A stretch of 64,000 nucleotides of DNA, taken from an uncultured delta proteobacterium (GTDB lineage Bacteria > Desulfobacterota > Desulfomonilia > UBA1062). The stretch covers positions 1 to 64,000 of the forward strand of contig CAVVYZ010000024.1 of NCBI GenBank assembly GCA_963752595.1, given 5' to 3'. Below the pieces are notes generated by a model that saw only the letters and a program-made list of their open reading frames with translations, made no database searches and was not told the DNA's origin. Shown piece after piece: positions 17,377-28,215 of the stretch (its first letter is position 1; every line of letters begins with the position of its first letter). A program made the translations under genes and the position numbers.

Positions 17377-19926
17377 TTACGCCGGTCGGGGTTTTTTCAG
17401 AGGGATGCGGATCCGGATGGCCGTTCCCTTGCCTTTTCTTCCTGCGATCGCCATCCTGCCTCCCAGGAGCTTTATCCGTTCCTTGATCCCGAGGATTCCA
17501 AACGAACCAGCCTTTTTGATGTCGCCTCGCGTTACACCCTTTCCATTGTCGCACACCAGGAGCTCGATACCGGATTCGCCGAGCTGTAGCGTGATCTCTA
17601 CCTTTGTGGCCTGGGAATGCCTTGCGATATTGGTCAGGGCCTCCTGGCATATCCTGAATACTGCGGTGGATATCTTGGAATCGGTGATCAGCCTTTCGGG
17701 GTCAGGATCGAGGATGGCATCGCAGACGATTCCGGTGCGGCGCTGGAACTCTTCTGCCTGCCATTCAATGGCCGAGGTGAGGCCGAGGTCGTCCAAAAGC
17801 CCCGGTCGGAGCTCCATGAGGATGCGCTCTACGGTTTTTATGGTCGAGTCGATATGGTCGATCATGGAAGTGACTTTTTCGTGAATCTCAAGTCTATCTT
17901 CGGGAACCCTTTTCCCTACCCAGAAAAGATCCATTTTCAACGCAGTCAGAATCTGGCCGAGCTCGTCATGGATTTCCCTTGCAATCTCTGCGCGTTCGCC
18001 TTCGAGCACCGTATGGAGGTGCTCTGCATGGATCCGGAGCTGTTTTTTCGACCTCCTCAACTGCTCTTCCGCGCACTTACGCTCGGTGATGTCATTGATG
18101 AACCCTTCCAGGGCAACGAGTTCACCTGACGGAGAGAATATCCCCAAACCTCTTTCCCAGACCCATTTGAGCCTGCCTTCAGAGGTGATGATCCTGTAGG
18201 TGATCTGAAACCGCTCGCGGGTCTTCAGGGAATCCTGCACCGTATCCCAGACATATTGCCGGTCGTCGGGATGGACCAGGTCTCCGTAGGATACCTTGGA
18301 ATTGTCCACCAGATCGAAAGGGCGGTATCCGGTGAGAGCATAGCTCCCTTCACTGACAAATTTCATGGTCCAGCCCCAGTCATTCCTGCACCGGTAGGCC
18401 ATGCCTGGAAGGTTCCCCATAAGGGTTGCAAGTATCCGCTGGTTCTCCCTGAGAGATTCCTCTGCCCGCTTCTTTTCCGTGATGTCGGTGTACGTCGAGA
18501 CGATGCGCCTGTCGCCCTCCCTCTCACCGATCCGGGAAACGCTCGTCAGGCAGATAACATCACGGCCGTCCCTACGCTTGTATGTATATTCAAGGCTGTA
18601 TGTTTCATTGTCCATGAGCTGCTCGTAGAGCTTTCTTGCCTCTCGGATATAGCTCTCCTTGTCAGGGAAAAGGACATTCATGGTCTTGCCGATAAGCTCC
18701 TCAGGCTTCCAGCCGAAGACGGTCTCAACCGCATGGTTCGTGAACATGATCCTCCGGTTGTCGAGACCGATCACCGCGTGGGGAATGGAAGCCATGATTG
18801 AAGACTGGAGTGCGGTAATTTCATCGAGACTCTTCCGTGCGGCTTTCAGCTCCGTGATATCCGTGAAGTTGAAGAGAAAGGCATGATGCTGAAGGTAAAA
18901 CAGAGAAGTAACGGTCACCATCATCCACCTGATATCCCGGGATCTGGTGACTATTTTCAGCTCTATGGGCCTGCCGGGCATTTTTGAGGACCGATCGTGG
19001 TTCAGGATACCCATTACCATGCATCTATCGTCCGGATGAATCAGCGAGACAGGATCCATCTCGGAAAGCTCGGATTCATCATACCCGGTGAATTCCAGGA
19101 GCTTGGCATTTGCAAACCTGAGCCTGCCTCCCTGGATGATGCACAGACCGATGGATGAGCTCCTGATGAGGCTCCGGCTCAGGGCCTCTGCCGTATCCCG
19201 CTCGGTGAAGTCTTCAAGGTGCATGATAACCAGATCGGGGTGGACAAAGACGTAGGTAAGATCGGCAATGCGCTCGTCTCCGGAGGTGAACATCCTATAG
19301 AGTGTCCTCCTCCTGAGAATAGACCGCTCGTGGAAGCATCGCTCGAAATCAGAAATAATATCCTGTCTTTCCCGGTAGAGTTCACGAGCAGTCTTGCCCA
19401 TGTATTCCTTCAGGATTTCCTTCGCCGTTTCCTGGGCCCGACTGTTGAAACCGATGAGTGCGAAGGTGTCTCCCGTACGCTGCCAGGTAAGGCTTAAGTT
19501 TGGGTAATCCCGGGCATGGGGATTGACCCCTTCCGACAGGCGGGAATCGACAGGATACCGGCAAAAGTAATGCTCGCTGACATCCCTGATAACGGCAAGG
19601 ATCTTCGTTTCATTTGCGATGGTGATCGCCCGGTTGCTGTACTGAACGGGGAACAGAGTCCCGTTTTTCTTCCGGCAGCTGATCCAGACGAACATCCGTC
19701 CGGTAGTATTCGCCTCATCCATAAATTCCGGGAAGGTATGGGCTGTTTCCGCAGATACGAGATCATTGATTGCAAGACCTTTCATCTCCTCGTTCGAGTA
19801 TCCGAACATCTCCAGAACGGCCTCGTTGCACTCCTGAATCCTTCCGTTGGGGTCAGTAATCAAGACCCCTTCGGGGAAGCTTTCAAACAGCACATGACCA
19901 AAGTCGGATACGTTGAAATCAATCAT
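17377..19926 (-). CDS. Cytoplasmic multi-PAS sensor histidine kinase (HisKA_3, NarX/UhpB type)
   Basis: Several PAS/PAC domains; H-box AREIHDELGQ; QEALTNIARH, DNGKG, GILGIKER; overlaps the regulator stop by 4 bp. Confidence 0.93.
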   Translation of the reverse strand: MIDFNVSDFGHVLFESFPEGVLITDPNGRIQECNEAVLEMFGYSNEEMKGLAINDLVSAETAHTFPEFMDEANTTGRMFVWISCRKKNGTLFPVQYSNRAITIANETKILAVIRDVSEHYFCRYPVDSRLSEGVNPHARDYPNLSLTWQRTGDTFALIGFNSRAQETAKEILKEYMGKTARELYRERQDIISDFERCFHERSILRRRTLYRMFTSGDERIADLTYVFVHPDLVIMHLEDFTERDTAEALSRSLIRSSSIGLCIIQGGRLRFANAKLLEFTGYDESELSEMDPVSLIHPDDRCMVMGILNHDRSSKMPGRPIELKIVTRSRDIRWMMVTVTSLFYLQHHAFLFNFTDITELKAARKSLDEITALQSSIMASIPHAVIGLDNRRIMFTNHAVETVFGWKPEELIGKTMNVLFPDKESYIREARKLYEQLMDNETYSLEYTYKRRDGRDVICLTSVSRIGEREGDRRIVSTYTDITEKKRAEESLRENQRILATLMGNLPGMAYRCRNDWGWTMKFVSEGSYALTGYRPFDLVDNSKVSYGDLVHPDDRQYVWDTVQDSLKTRERFQITYRIITSEGRLKWVWERGLGIFSPSGELVALEGFINDITERKCAEEQLRRSKKQLRIHAEHLHTVLEGERAEIAREIHDELGQILTALKMDLFWVGKRVPEDRLEIHEKVTSMIDHIDSTIKTVERILMELRPGLLDDLGLTSAIEWQAEEFQRRTGIVCDAILDPDPERLITDSKISTAVFRICQEALTNIARHSQATKVEITLQLGESGIELLVCDNGKGVTRGDIKKAGSFGILGIKERIKLLGGRMAIAGRKGKGTAIRIRIPLKKPRPA

Positions 19927-20555
19927 TTGATGAGATTTTTTTCTACTGCGTAAAAGGTGAGCTGGGCATTGTTCCTCATGCTCATCTTTTCAAGGATATT
20001 TGCCCGGTACGTACTGATGGTTTTAACACTTAAACACAGATTATTGGCTACCTCGGTGACGGTCTTCCCTGAAGCGAGCATGAGCATCACCTGGTATTCG
20101 CGGTCGGAAAGCTTTTCATGGAGCTGCTTTAAGCTGTGTCTGTCGATTTCCGAGGCCAGGATCTCCGCCAAGTTCTGGCTTATATACTTTCCGCCCTTGG
20201 ATACTTTATGGATGGCCCGGATCAGCTCGATAGGAGCGCTCGCCTTCGTGAGATACCCTGATGCGCCGGCCCGGAGAGCCCGTACCGCATACTGCTCCTC
20301 AGGATAAATGCTCAGGATGAGCACCCAGATATTGGGATTGATCTGCTTGATGTCGCTTATCACTTCGAGGCCGCTTCTGCCCGGCATGCCGATATCGAGA
20401 AGCACGAGGTCGACCTCATGTTTCCAGAGGAAATCAATCACCTCTCCGCTATTGCCGGCCTCACCGGCAAGATGCACATCGGGATCGTCCGCAAGAATCT
20501 GCTTGAGGCCGGTTCTTACAATTGGGTGATCGTCAGCGATTAAAATCTTTACCAC
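19923..20555 (-). CDS. NarL/UvrY-family response regulator (REC + LuxR HTH)
   Basis: ILIADDHPIVRTG, LLDIGMP, GYLTK, LSDREYQV, LSVKTISTYR. Confidence 0.95.
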   Translation of the reverse strand: MVKILIADDHPIVRTGLKQILADDPDVHLAGEAGNSGEVIDFLWKHEVDLVLLDIGMPGRSGLEVISDIKQINPNIWVLILSIYPEEQYAVRALRAGASGYLTKASAPIELIRAIHKVSKGGKYISQNLAEILASEIDRHSLKQLHEKLSDREYQVMLMLASGKTVTEVANNLCLSVKTISTYRANILEKMSMRNNAQLTFYAVEKNLIK

Positions 20556-20981
20556 TCCGCAGTCCTCACTTATCCCAAGTCATAGTGCCAAGGAATGCCT
20601 TTGAGTGCAAGGCTTCTTTTATCGGTGTAAGGCGAATTTCGATACAGTTCATGAAGTGCGGCACCCTTGAAGTATCAAACCAGTAAATTTACTGAACAGG
20701 TTCTTACCTCCTCTCCTCATCTCACGCAAGTCATTTGCTGTATTTTGTTATTTTAAAAGGAATATTTCTTCCCCCCATGATCGATTAAACCATTTATTCT
20801 ATAAAGAGTGCTACGAATTATCGGGTGTTGAGAAGAACATATGAAAATGCCGCATTGCTGATACTGCGTTTTATATCCTAAAGGAGAAATCTTTTACTTA
20901 TTAAATGGGTAATATATTTCCCAAGTACCCTTCCTTTCCCTTACCAATCCACTCATATCGTTGATTTATCTTGATTTTTTA

Positions 20982-20998
20982 TTGGCATAGACATTGCT
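20982..20998 (+). promoter_or_regulatory. Putative sigma-54 (-24/-12) promoter
   Basis: TTGGCATAGACATTGCT with exact GG-N10-GC spacing, ~75 bp upstream of the ORF at 21074. Confidence 0.6.
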
Positions 20999-21073
20999 CA
21001 TTTTGAAGGTATAATTTTTAATACTGTGAAATATTCCCGGGACTTACGGGTAAAGTAAAGGGGGTATGCGGTC

Positions 21074-21370
21074 ATGGGAGAAAAGGTGAGCATTCTTGAT
21101 GAACTGAAATGCAGTCAGGCTGTAGGCGTGATCAGCGATCTCATCAAACGTGAATGCCAGGGCTTTATCCTTCCCCCTTCAGAAGTGAAACGCCTCCTGG
21201 GCATTCCAGTGCACTACCAGACATGGTATCTGCACAGGAGCGTAATCCAGCTAAAGAAAAAGCTCGCTAATAATTATATCTCTGTGGCAATCAGCCCGGA
21301 AGACGGGATCTGCTTTACCTTGTACAAAGTACCCAGGCAGCCCGGCATACGGGTTTCGCCGATAAATTAG
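21074..21370 (+). CDS. Hypothetical protein (98 aa)
   Basis: ORF with AGGGGG upstream, lying between a sigma-54-like promoter and a strong hairpin. Confidence 0.6.
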   Translation: MGEKVSILDELKCSQAVGVISDLIKRECQGFILPPSEVKRLLGIPVHYQTWYLHRSVIQLKKKLANNYISVAISPEDGICFTLYKVPRQPGIRVSPIN

Positions 21371-21400
21371 GCTTTAGGAAATATACCTCCCTCCTTTCCC

Positions 21401-21441
21401 AACAAACCGGACCTCTTCATTGAGAAGGGGTCCGGTTTGTT
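21401..21441 (+). terminator. Intrinsic terminator-like hairpin
   Basis: AACAAACCGGACC...GGTCCGGTTTGTT long inverted repeat. Confidence 0.75.
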
Positions 21442-21570
21442 ACTCTTCGACTGTTTCATATGACCGCCACCCAGGCTGCATCCAGCTTGATTTTATACCG
21501 CTTGTTTTTACTATACTTTCATCCCAGCAAGAGAATCGGTTGACCGGTTTCAGCCATAGAAGGAGGTAAA

Positions 21571-23676
21571 GTGGAGATCTGGCCTGGGAAACCTTTCCCC
21601 CTCGGCTCCGTATATGATGGGTTCGGCACCAACTTTTCCCTATTCTCAGAGATTGCTGAACGGGTGGAGCTCTGCCTCTTCGATGAATCGGGCGAAGAAA
21701 CCAGGATTAGCCTTCCCGAGGTGACGGCCTACTGCCGGCATGGCTACATCCCCGGAATCGGACCCGGCCAGTGCTATGGCTATCGTATCTACGGGCCTTG
21801 GGAACCTGCCGAAGGCAAACGGTGCAATCCGAACAAATTGCTCCTCGATCCGTATACCAAAGCAATCGGAGGACGGGTCGAGTGGAATCCGGCGGTGTTT
21901 CCCTACCGTTTCGGTGAGGACAATGACATCGCTGAAAACACTGATAGTGCTCCCTTCATGCCCAAATCCATAGTAATCAATCCTTTCTTCGACTGGGGAG
22001 ATGATCATCACCTCCGTTACCCCCTGAACGAGACGGTTATCTACGAGGCGCATGTCAAGGGGCTCACGGCCGGACACCCTGACATCCCCGAAAGCATCCG
22101 CGGCACGTATGCCGGGTTGATCCAGCCCGTAATGCTTGATTATTTCAGCTGCCTCGGGATCACCGCGCTGGAGATCATGCCCATCCACCAGTTCATCCAT
22201 GACGAGCACCTCCTTAAAAAAGGATTTCGGAATTACTGGGGTTACAATTCCATCGGATATTTCGCGCCGCATAACGAATACTCCAGCACGGGCCAGTCAG
22301 GCCAGCAGGTGCAGGAGTTCAAGCAGATGGTCAAGATTCTCCATGATGCACATATCGAAGTGATCCTGGACGTCGTGTACAATCATACGGCTGAAGGCAA
22401 CCATCTGGGGCCAATGCTGAGTTTCAAAGGGATCGACAATCAGGCATACTACCGCCTGGAGCAGAAAGACAAACGATATTATACCGATTACACCGGAACG
22501 GGAAACAGCCTGAACATGGCGCATCCTCATGTGCTGCAGCTCATCATGGACTCTTTACGTTACTGGGTCCAGGAAATGCACATCGACGGCTTCCGGTTCG
22601 ATCTCGCAGCCGCCCTTGCACGACAGCTGCACGATGTTGACCGCCTTTCCGCATTTTTCGACCTTATCCAACAGGATCCTGTGGTGAGCCAGGCCAAGCT
22701 CATTGCTGAGCCCTGGGATGTCGGCATCGGCGGCTACCAGGTGGGAAATTTCCCGCCCCTGTGGTCGGAGTGGAACGGCAAATACCGTGACTGCATTCGA
22801 GACTTCTGGCGGGGCCAGGATCAGACCCTTGCCGAATTTGCATATCGCTTCACAGGGAGCTCGGATCTTTATGAAAATACGAGCCGCCGTCCTTTTGCGA
22901 GCATAAACTTCATAACTGCCCATGACGGATTTACCCTGAACGACCTCGTTTCCTATAATGACAAGCACAACAAGGCCAACAGAGAGGAAAACCGTGACGG
23001 CGAGAGCTTCAACCGCTCGTGGAACTGCGGACAGGAAGGGCCGACCGGCGATGAGAAGATCCTGCGCTTGAGGGAAAATCAGAAACGAAACTTCCTTGCC
23101 ACCCTTCTTCTTTCCCAGGGGGTCCCCATGATCCTGGGCGGGGATGAGTTGGGCCGGACTCAGCAGGGCAACAACAATGCCTATTGCCAGGACAACGAGA
23201 TCTCCTGGTACGACTGGGGTAATGTGGATGAAGACCTGTTTGAGTTCTGCTCACGTCTCATCAGATTGCGGAGAGAGCATCCTGGCTTCAGGCGCAGAGG
23301 ATGGTTCCAGGGAAGACCCATCCACGGAAGCAAGGTGGATGATATTGAATGGTTTACTCCTGACGGCGTGGTCATGTCCGATGAACACTGGGAGGTTGGT
23401 TTTGCAAAATCGATAGGCATCTTCCTCAACGGGGACGGCATCGCAAGCCTTGACGACCGGGGCAACCGCATAAAGGACGACAGCTTCTATCTGCTTATCA
23501 ACGCACATTATGAGCCTCTCACCTTCACTCTTCCTGCACAGCAGTGGGGAAATTCCTGGGCCAAGGTATTCGATACCCGGGATGGCATTTTCCAGGAGGA
23601 AGGCCGTGCCTTTTATGCAGGAGATGAAATCGAAGTGGATGCGCGGTCTCTCCTCGTACTCAAAAGGGGAACGTGA
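21571..23676 (+). CDS. glgX: Glycogen debranching enzyme GlgX/TreX (GH13)
   Basis: NYWGYN, DVVYNHTAEG, DGFRFDLA, LIAEPWD, TAHDGFTL; AGGAGG RBS with GTG start. Confidence 0.96.
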   Translation: MEIWPGKPFPLGSVYDGFGTNFSLFSEIAERVELCLFDESGEETRISLPEVTAYCRHGYIPGIGPGQCYGYRIYGPWEPAEGKRCNPNKLLLDPYTKAIGGRVEWNPAVFPYRFGEDNDIAENTDSAPFMPKSIVINPFFDWGDDHHLRYPLNETVIYEAHVKGLTAGHPDIPESIRGTYAGLIQPVMLDYFSCLGITALEIMPIHQFIHDEHLLKKGFRNYWGYNSIGYFAPHNEYSSTGQSGQQVQEFKQMVKILHDAHIEVILDVVYNHTAEGNHLGPMLSFKGIDNQAYYRLEQKDKRYYTDYTGTGNSLNMAHPHVLQLIMDSLRYWVQEMHIDGFRFDLAAALARQLHDVDRLSAFFDLIQQDPVVSQAKLIAEPWDVGIGGYQVGNFPPLWSEWNGKYRDCIRDFWRGQDQTLAEFAYRFTGSSDLYENTSRRPFASINFITAHDGFTLNDLVSYNDKHNKANREENRDGESFNRSWNCGQEGPTGDEKILRLRENQKRNFLATLLLSQGVPMILGGDELGRTQQGNNNAYCQDNEISWYDWGNVDEDLFEFCSRLIRLRREHPGFRRRGWFQGRPIHGSKVDDIEWFTPDGVVMSDEHWEVGFAKSIGIFLNGDGIASLDDRGNRIKDDSFYLLINAHYEPLTFTLPAQQWGNSWAKVFDTRDGIFQEEGRAFYAGDEIEVDARSLLVLKRGT

Positions 23677-23677
23677 A

Positions 23678-26335
23678 ATGCCGAACATCCCCATCGCGAC
23701 CTACAGGGTCCAGCTGCAGCCGGAGTTCGGTTTTGAGTCTACCACGCGGATCCTCGATTATCTTGCTGACCTCGGAGTGAGCCATCTCTATGCATCACCC
23801 TATCTCCAGGCAGCACAAGGGAGCACCCATGGGTATGATGTGGTGAATCACTGGAAAATAAATCATGAACTGGGAGGATTGGAAGGCCATACAGCACTCC
23901 GCAGAGCCCTTCAGAAGTACGGTATGGGCCAGGTATTGGATATCGTGCCCAACCATATGGCCATATCGGGAAGCGAGAATGTGTGGTGGTGGGATGTCCT
24001 GGAAAACGGTCAATCCAGCCGGTACGCCTCGTATTTCGATGTCGACTGGGATCCTGTAGAAACGAGGTTCGGCAACAAAATCCTTCTCCCCATCCTGGGG
24101 GACCATTTCGGAAGGATATTGGAAGCCGGAGAGATCCGCCTTGAACGAAAAGGTGGGAAATTCTTTCTCCACTACTACGACAACCTGTTTCCCGCATCAC
24201 CGGGGTCCGTCGCCCCTTTTCTTGCCCGCGCAGGTGAAGATATGGCATGCCATGAACTGGTCTTCCTGGCGGATGCCCTCAAGTCTCTCCCCCTGCCCTC
24301 GGTTACGGACCAGGCAAGTATCCGAAAGAGGCATCGCGACAAGGAGGTCATCTATTCCCTGATGGAGCGGCTTCTGAATCATCATCTTGATGTGGCAAGG
24401 CTCGTGGATGCATTCATCAAAGAGATCAATGCCCATCCGGACGACCTCGAGACCCTGCTCGATGCACAGAATTACCGCCTCGCTTTCTGGCGTACAGCAA
24501 ACCAGGATTTGGGATACCGGCGCTTTTTCGATATCAACTCCCTGGTGGCGCTGAGAGCAGAAGATGAAGAGGTCTTCGAAGACAGCCACCGGCTTATCCT
24601 GAAATGGCTGAAGGAGGGTGTGTTAGACGGGGTCCGGATCGATCATCCCGATGGCCTGCGGGATCCCGCGACCTACCTTGGCAGGCTCCGCAGGGCAAGC
24701 CCGGGAACCTGGGTCGTGGTGGAAAAAATCCTCGATCCTGATGAGCGCATGCGCCCGGATTGGCCTGTGGACGGGACAACGGGATATGAATTTATCAATC
24801 TCCTCACCCGGCTTTTCATCGACCATTCAAGTAAACAGATCTTTTCGGATTTTTATGCAGAATTCACCGGCGAAACAAGGGAATACAAGGAAGTGCTCTG
24901 GGAGAAAAAGCTCCTGATTATCGATAAGATCTTCGGCAGTGACATAAACAGGCTCACAGCTCTCATGCTTACCATCTGCGAGCATCACCGCCGTTACCGG
25001 GACTATACCCGTCAGGAAGTCTCCCATGCCTTGCGAAAGATCGTTGCATACTTCCCTGTCTATCGAACCTATATAAACGCACAGGCCGGCTGGATTTCCG
25101 ATGAAGACCGAAGGATCATTCACCAGGTCATCGAGCATGCAAAACAGATGACGCCCGAAGTCGATCCCGACCTTTTCGATTTCATAAACGACATCCTCCT
25201 GCTCAAGGAAGTGGGTAAATCCGAATTCGAATTCGTCATGCGCCTCCAGCAGATCACCCCTCCGGTTATGGCGAAAGGGGCGGAAGATACCGCATTCTAC
25301 TGCTACAACCGTTTCATTGCCCTCAATGAGGTGGGAGGAGACCCCGGTTCGTTTGAACTTGACCCTGAACAGTTTCATTCACGCATGAAGGAACGTCTCG
25401 AAGACTATCCGCTTTCCATGCTCTCCTCCTCGACACACGACACCAAGAGGAGTGAGGATGTGAGAGCCAGGCTGGTACTCCTCTCGGAGATACCCGGTGC
25501 ATGGAAGGAAGCAGTCCAGAGATGGTCTTCCATGGCCCGGCCATATCGAAAAGATGACCTGCCGGACAGAAACATCGAATATTTTCTGTATCAGACCCTG
25601 GTCGGGGCATGGCCTATAGGGATCGATCGTCTTCTGCCCTATATGGAGAAGGCTTCCCGGGAGGCCAAGACTCATACTTCCTGGACAGAACCGGATGCTT
25701 TGTATGAACAGACGCTTCGCGATTTCATCGTTAATCTCATCAATGACCCTGTCTTTTCAGCAGACCTCGCGTCATTCATCGATCCTCTGATCATACCCGG
25801 ACACATCAACTCCCTTTCCCAGACCATAATCAAGCTCACCTCTCCAGGTATCCCTGATATATACCAGGGGTGCGATCTGTGGGACAGAAGCCTGGTCGAT
25901 CCCGATAACCGGAAGCCTGTTGACTTTAGCACCAGAAGAACCCTCCTCGCCCGGCTTGAAGGGCCGAATCCAGGGCAGATACTGGGCCAGATGGAATCCG
26001 GACTGCCAAAGCTCTGGATTATCAGGGAGTGCCTGAAACTCCGCAGAAGCCTGCCCGAAGCCTTCGGAGAAAAAGGAACCTATGATCCGATTCAACCCCA
26101 CGGCCGGAAGTCAGGATTCGCACTCGGTTTTATCCGTGGGGATCGTGTGGCTGTGATTGTTCCCCGTCTTGTGTTGAAGCGAGGAGAAGGATGGGAGGAT
26201 ACGTGGATCAGCCTGCCGGCAGGGACATGGAATCATGTACTCATCGGGGAGGATTTCGCAGGGCGGGAGATCCCTATCGATGAACTTTTGAAGTCGTTCC
26301 CGGTTGCCCTTCTCGTAAAACGGGAGGGAGTATGA
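23678..26335 (+). CDS. treY: Malto-oligosyltrehalose synthase
   Basis: ATYRVQL, GSTHGYDV, DIVPNHM, YRRFFDIN, RIDHPDGL, STHDTKRSED, PGIPDIYQG, SLVDPDNR. Confidence 0.96.
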   Translation: MPNIPIATYRVQLQPEFGFESTTRILDYLADLGVSHLYASPYLQAAQGSTHGYDVVNHWKINHELGGLEGHTALRRALQKYGMGQVLDIVPNHMAISGSENVWWWDVLENGQSSRYASYFDVDWDPVETRFGNKILLPILGDHFGRILEAGEIRLERKGGKFFLHYYDNLFPASPGSVAPFLARAGEDMACHELVFLADALKSLPLPSVTDQASIRKRHRDKEVIYSLMERLLNHHLDVARLVDAFIKEINAHPDDLETLLDAQNYRLAFWRTANQDLGYRRFFDINSLVALRAEDEEVFEDSHRLILKWLKEGVLDGVRIDHPDGLRDPATYLGRLRRASPGTWVVVEKILDPDERMRPDWPVDGTTGYEFINLLTRLFIDHSSKQIFSDFYAEFTGETREYKEVLWEKKLLIIDKIFGSDINRLTALMLTICEHHRRYRDYTRQEVSHALRKIVAYFPVYRTYINAQAGWISDEDRRIIHQVIEHAKQMTPEVDPDLFDFINDILLLKEVGKSEFEFVMRLQQITPPVMAKGAEDTAFYCYNRFIALNEVGGDPGSFELDPEQFHSRMKERLEDYPLSMLSSSTHDTKRSEDVRARLVLLSEIPGAWKEAVQRWSSMARPYRKDDLPDRNIEYFLYQTLVGAWPIGIDRLLPYMEKASREAKTHTSWTEPDALYEQTLRDFIVNLINDPVFSADLASFIDPLIIPGHINSLSQTIIKLTSPGIPDIYQGCDLWDRSLVDPDNRKPVDFSTRRTLLARLEGPNPGQILGQMESGLPKLWIIRECLKLRRSLPEAFGEKGTYDPIQPHGRKSGFALGFIRGDRVAVIVPRLVLKRGEGWEDTWISLPAGTWNHVLIGEDFAGREIPIDELLKSFPVALLVKREGV

Positions 26336-26382
26336 GTCTGGCGTTTCCGATGCAGTTTAACGTGTCCCAGCAGAGGTGATAT

Positions 26383-28134
26383 ATGGCATTAACCCGCCTA
26401 TGGGCGCCATTTCCCCGCAATGTTCTCATGGTCGTAGGCGGCAAGCCTTCTCCCATGGTAAAAGAAGACCGGGGCTGGTGGACACTGGACAGCCCCTATA
26501 TTGTCCATGGGACGGATTATGCCTTTGTGCTCGATGGGTCCGATCCGCTTCCCGATCCGCGCTCTCCCTGGCAGCCGTATGGTGTCCATGGATTTTCCAG
26601 GGTATTCGATCATTCTCTCTTCCCTTGGGCTGACACTCGCTGGCAGCCGCCCCCCCTATCCAGTGCCGTCATTTACGAGCTCCATGTGGGTACTTTCAGC
26701 CCCCAAGGGACCTTCAAAGGGATAATCGAGCTGCTTGACCATCTCGTGGACCTGGGAATCACGCATGTAGAGCTCATGCCGGTGAACAGCTTCCCCGGGA
26801 AACGGGGTTGGGGATACGACGGGGTCGATCTCTATGCTCCCCATGAGCCGTACGGGGGTCCAGCGGGCCTCAAGAGCCTGGTGGATGCGTGCCATGCAAA
26901 GGGACTCGCCGTCATCCTCGATGTCGTTTATAACCATCTTGGGCCGGATGGAAATTATCTCGAACGGTTCGGACCGTACTTTACCGACCATTATGCTTCT
27001 CCCTGGGGCAAGGCAGTGAATTTCGACGGCCCGGGAAGCGACGAGGTCAGGCGCTTTTTTATCGAAAATGCCCTCATGTGGCTGAAAGAATACCATTTCG
27101 ACGGCCTGCGTCTCGATGCCGTCCATGCGATAATGGACACCTCGGCGGTTCATTTCCTCGAGCAGCTCGCATCGGAAGTGGAGATGCTTGAGAGAATGAT
27201 GGGAAAGCACCTTGTTCTTATTGCCGAGAGCAATCTCAACAACCCCAGGATCGTCCAGCCCCGGGAAATCGGCGGCTACGGGATTCATGCCCAGTGGAAC
27301 GATGATCTCCACCATGCATTGCATGCGGCCCTCACCGGCGAAAGAGACGGTTATTATATGGATTTCGGATCCATTGGAGACATTGCCAAAGCCCTTCAAG
27401 AAGTGTTCGTCTATAACGGCTGCTATTCACAGTTCCGGAGCCGCGTGCATGGGAGACCGGTTCAGGGGATGAACGGCGACAGATTCGTCGTCTATCTGCA
27501 AACCCATGATCAGGTGGGAAACAGGGCAAAGGGGGAAAGGGCGAGCGGGCTCCTGAACCCGTCTCTAATAATTGCAGTTTCAGCTCTCGTTTTCGCCTCT
27601 CCCTATATTCCTATGCTCTTCCAGGGTGAAGAATGGGCGGCATCATCACCCTTCCAGTACTTCACTGATCACGTGGATCAGGATCTGGGCAGGGCCGTGG
27701 TTATTGGACGGAAGGCTGAATTTGCCGCCTTCGGATGGAATCAGGGAGATATCCCCGACCCCCAGGCAGATGAGACCTTCCAGTGCTCTCAGCTCAACTG
27801 GGATGAGCGTGAGCAGGAGCCGCATCGATCCGTCCTGGAATGGTATCGGAGCATGATCCTCCTCAGGAGATCCTGCTTCGAGCTTATGGACGGCGATCTC
27901 CTGAACATCCAGGTGGAATACGATGAAGATCAGCGTTGGATGTTGCTGGAAAGAGGGTCGGTTGCCGTAGCCTGCAATCTCTCTGCGCACACAAGGGATC
28001 TGGCACTATCAGACAGAAATGAACGGGAGATAATCCTCTCTTCTGCCGAAGGCATCACCCTTGAAGGGAACAGCCTTCGACTCCCCCCGGAAAGCACAGT
28101 AATAATTGCGGGCAAGAGCTCCAGGACACCTTGA
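26383..28134 (+). CDS. treZ: Malto-oligosyltrehalose trehalohydrolase
   Basis: IYELHVGTF, WGYDGV, DGLRLDAVHAI, QWNDDLHH, QTHDQVGNR, LFQGEEW. Confidence 0.96.
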   Translation: MALTRLWAPFPRNVLMVVGGKPSPMVKEDRGWWTLDSPYIVHGTDYAFVLDGSDPLPDPRSPWQPYGVHGFSRVFDHSLFPWADTRWQPPPLSSAVIYELHVGTFSPQGTFKGIIELLDHLVDLGITHVELMPVNSFPGKRGWGYDGVDLYAPHEPYGGPAGLKSLVDACHAKGLAVILDVVYNHLGPDGNYLERFGPYFTDHYASPWGKAVNFDGPGSDEVRRFFIENALMWLKEYHFDGLRLDAVHAIMDTSAVHFLEQLASEVEMLERMMGKHLVLIAESNLNNPRIVQPREIGGYGIHAQWNDDLHHALHAALTGERDGYYMDFGSIGDIAKALQEVFVYNGCYSQFRSRVHGRPVQGMNGDRFVVYLQTHDQVGNRAKGERASGLLNPSLIIAVSALVFASPYIPMLFQGEEWAASSPFQYFTDHVDQDLGRAVVIGRKAEFAAFGWNQGDIPDPQADETFQCSQLNWDEREQEPHRSVLEWYRSMILLRRSCFELMDGDLLNIQVEYDEDQRWMLLERGSVAVACNLSAHTRDLALSDRNEREIILSSAEGITLEGNSLRLPPESTVIIAGKSSRTP

Positions 28135-28215
28135 ACATATTGATTACCCGACCAATAGTATTCTCAGGAAAGGACTTGGATAAATAACCGATTCTTAAGG
28201 CCGAGATATGCTTGC

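Noticed and set aside
23510-23677. 56-aa N-terminal extension of treY in the ORF track
   Set aside because: It overlaps glgX; TreY homology starts at ATG 23678
26332-26382. In-frame ATG...TGA just upstream of treZ as possible stop-codon readthrough
   Set aside because: The TGA is part of the GAGGTG RBS for ATG 26383, and the short peptide does not resemble TreZ
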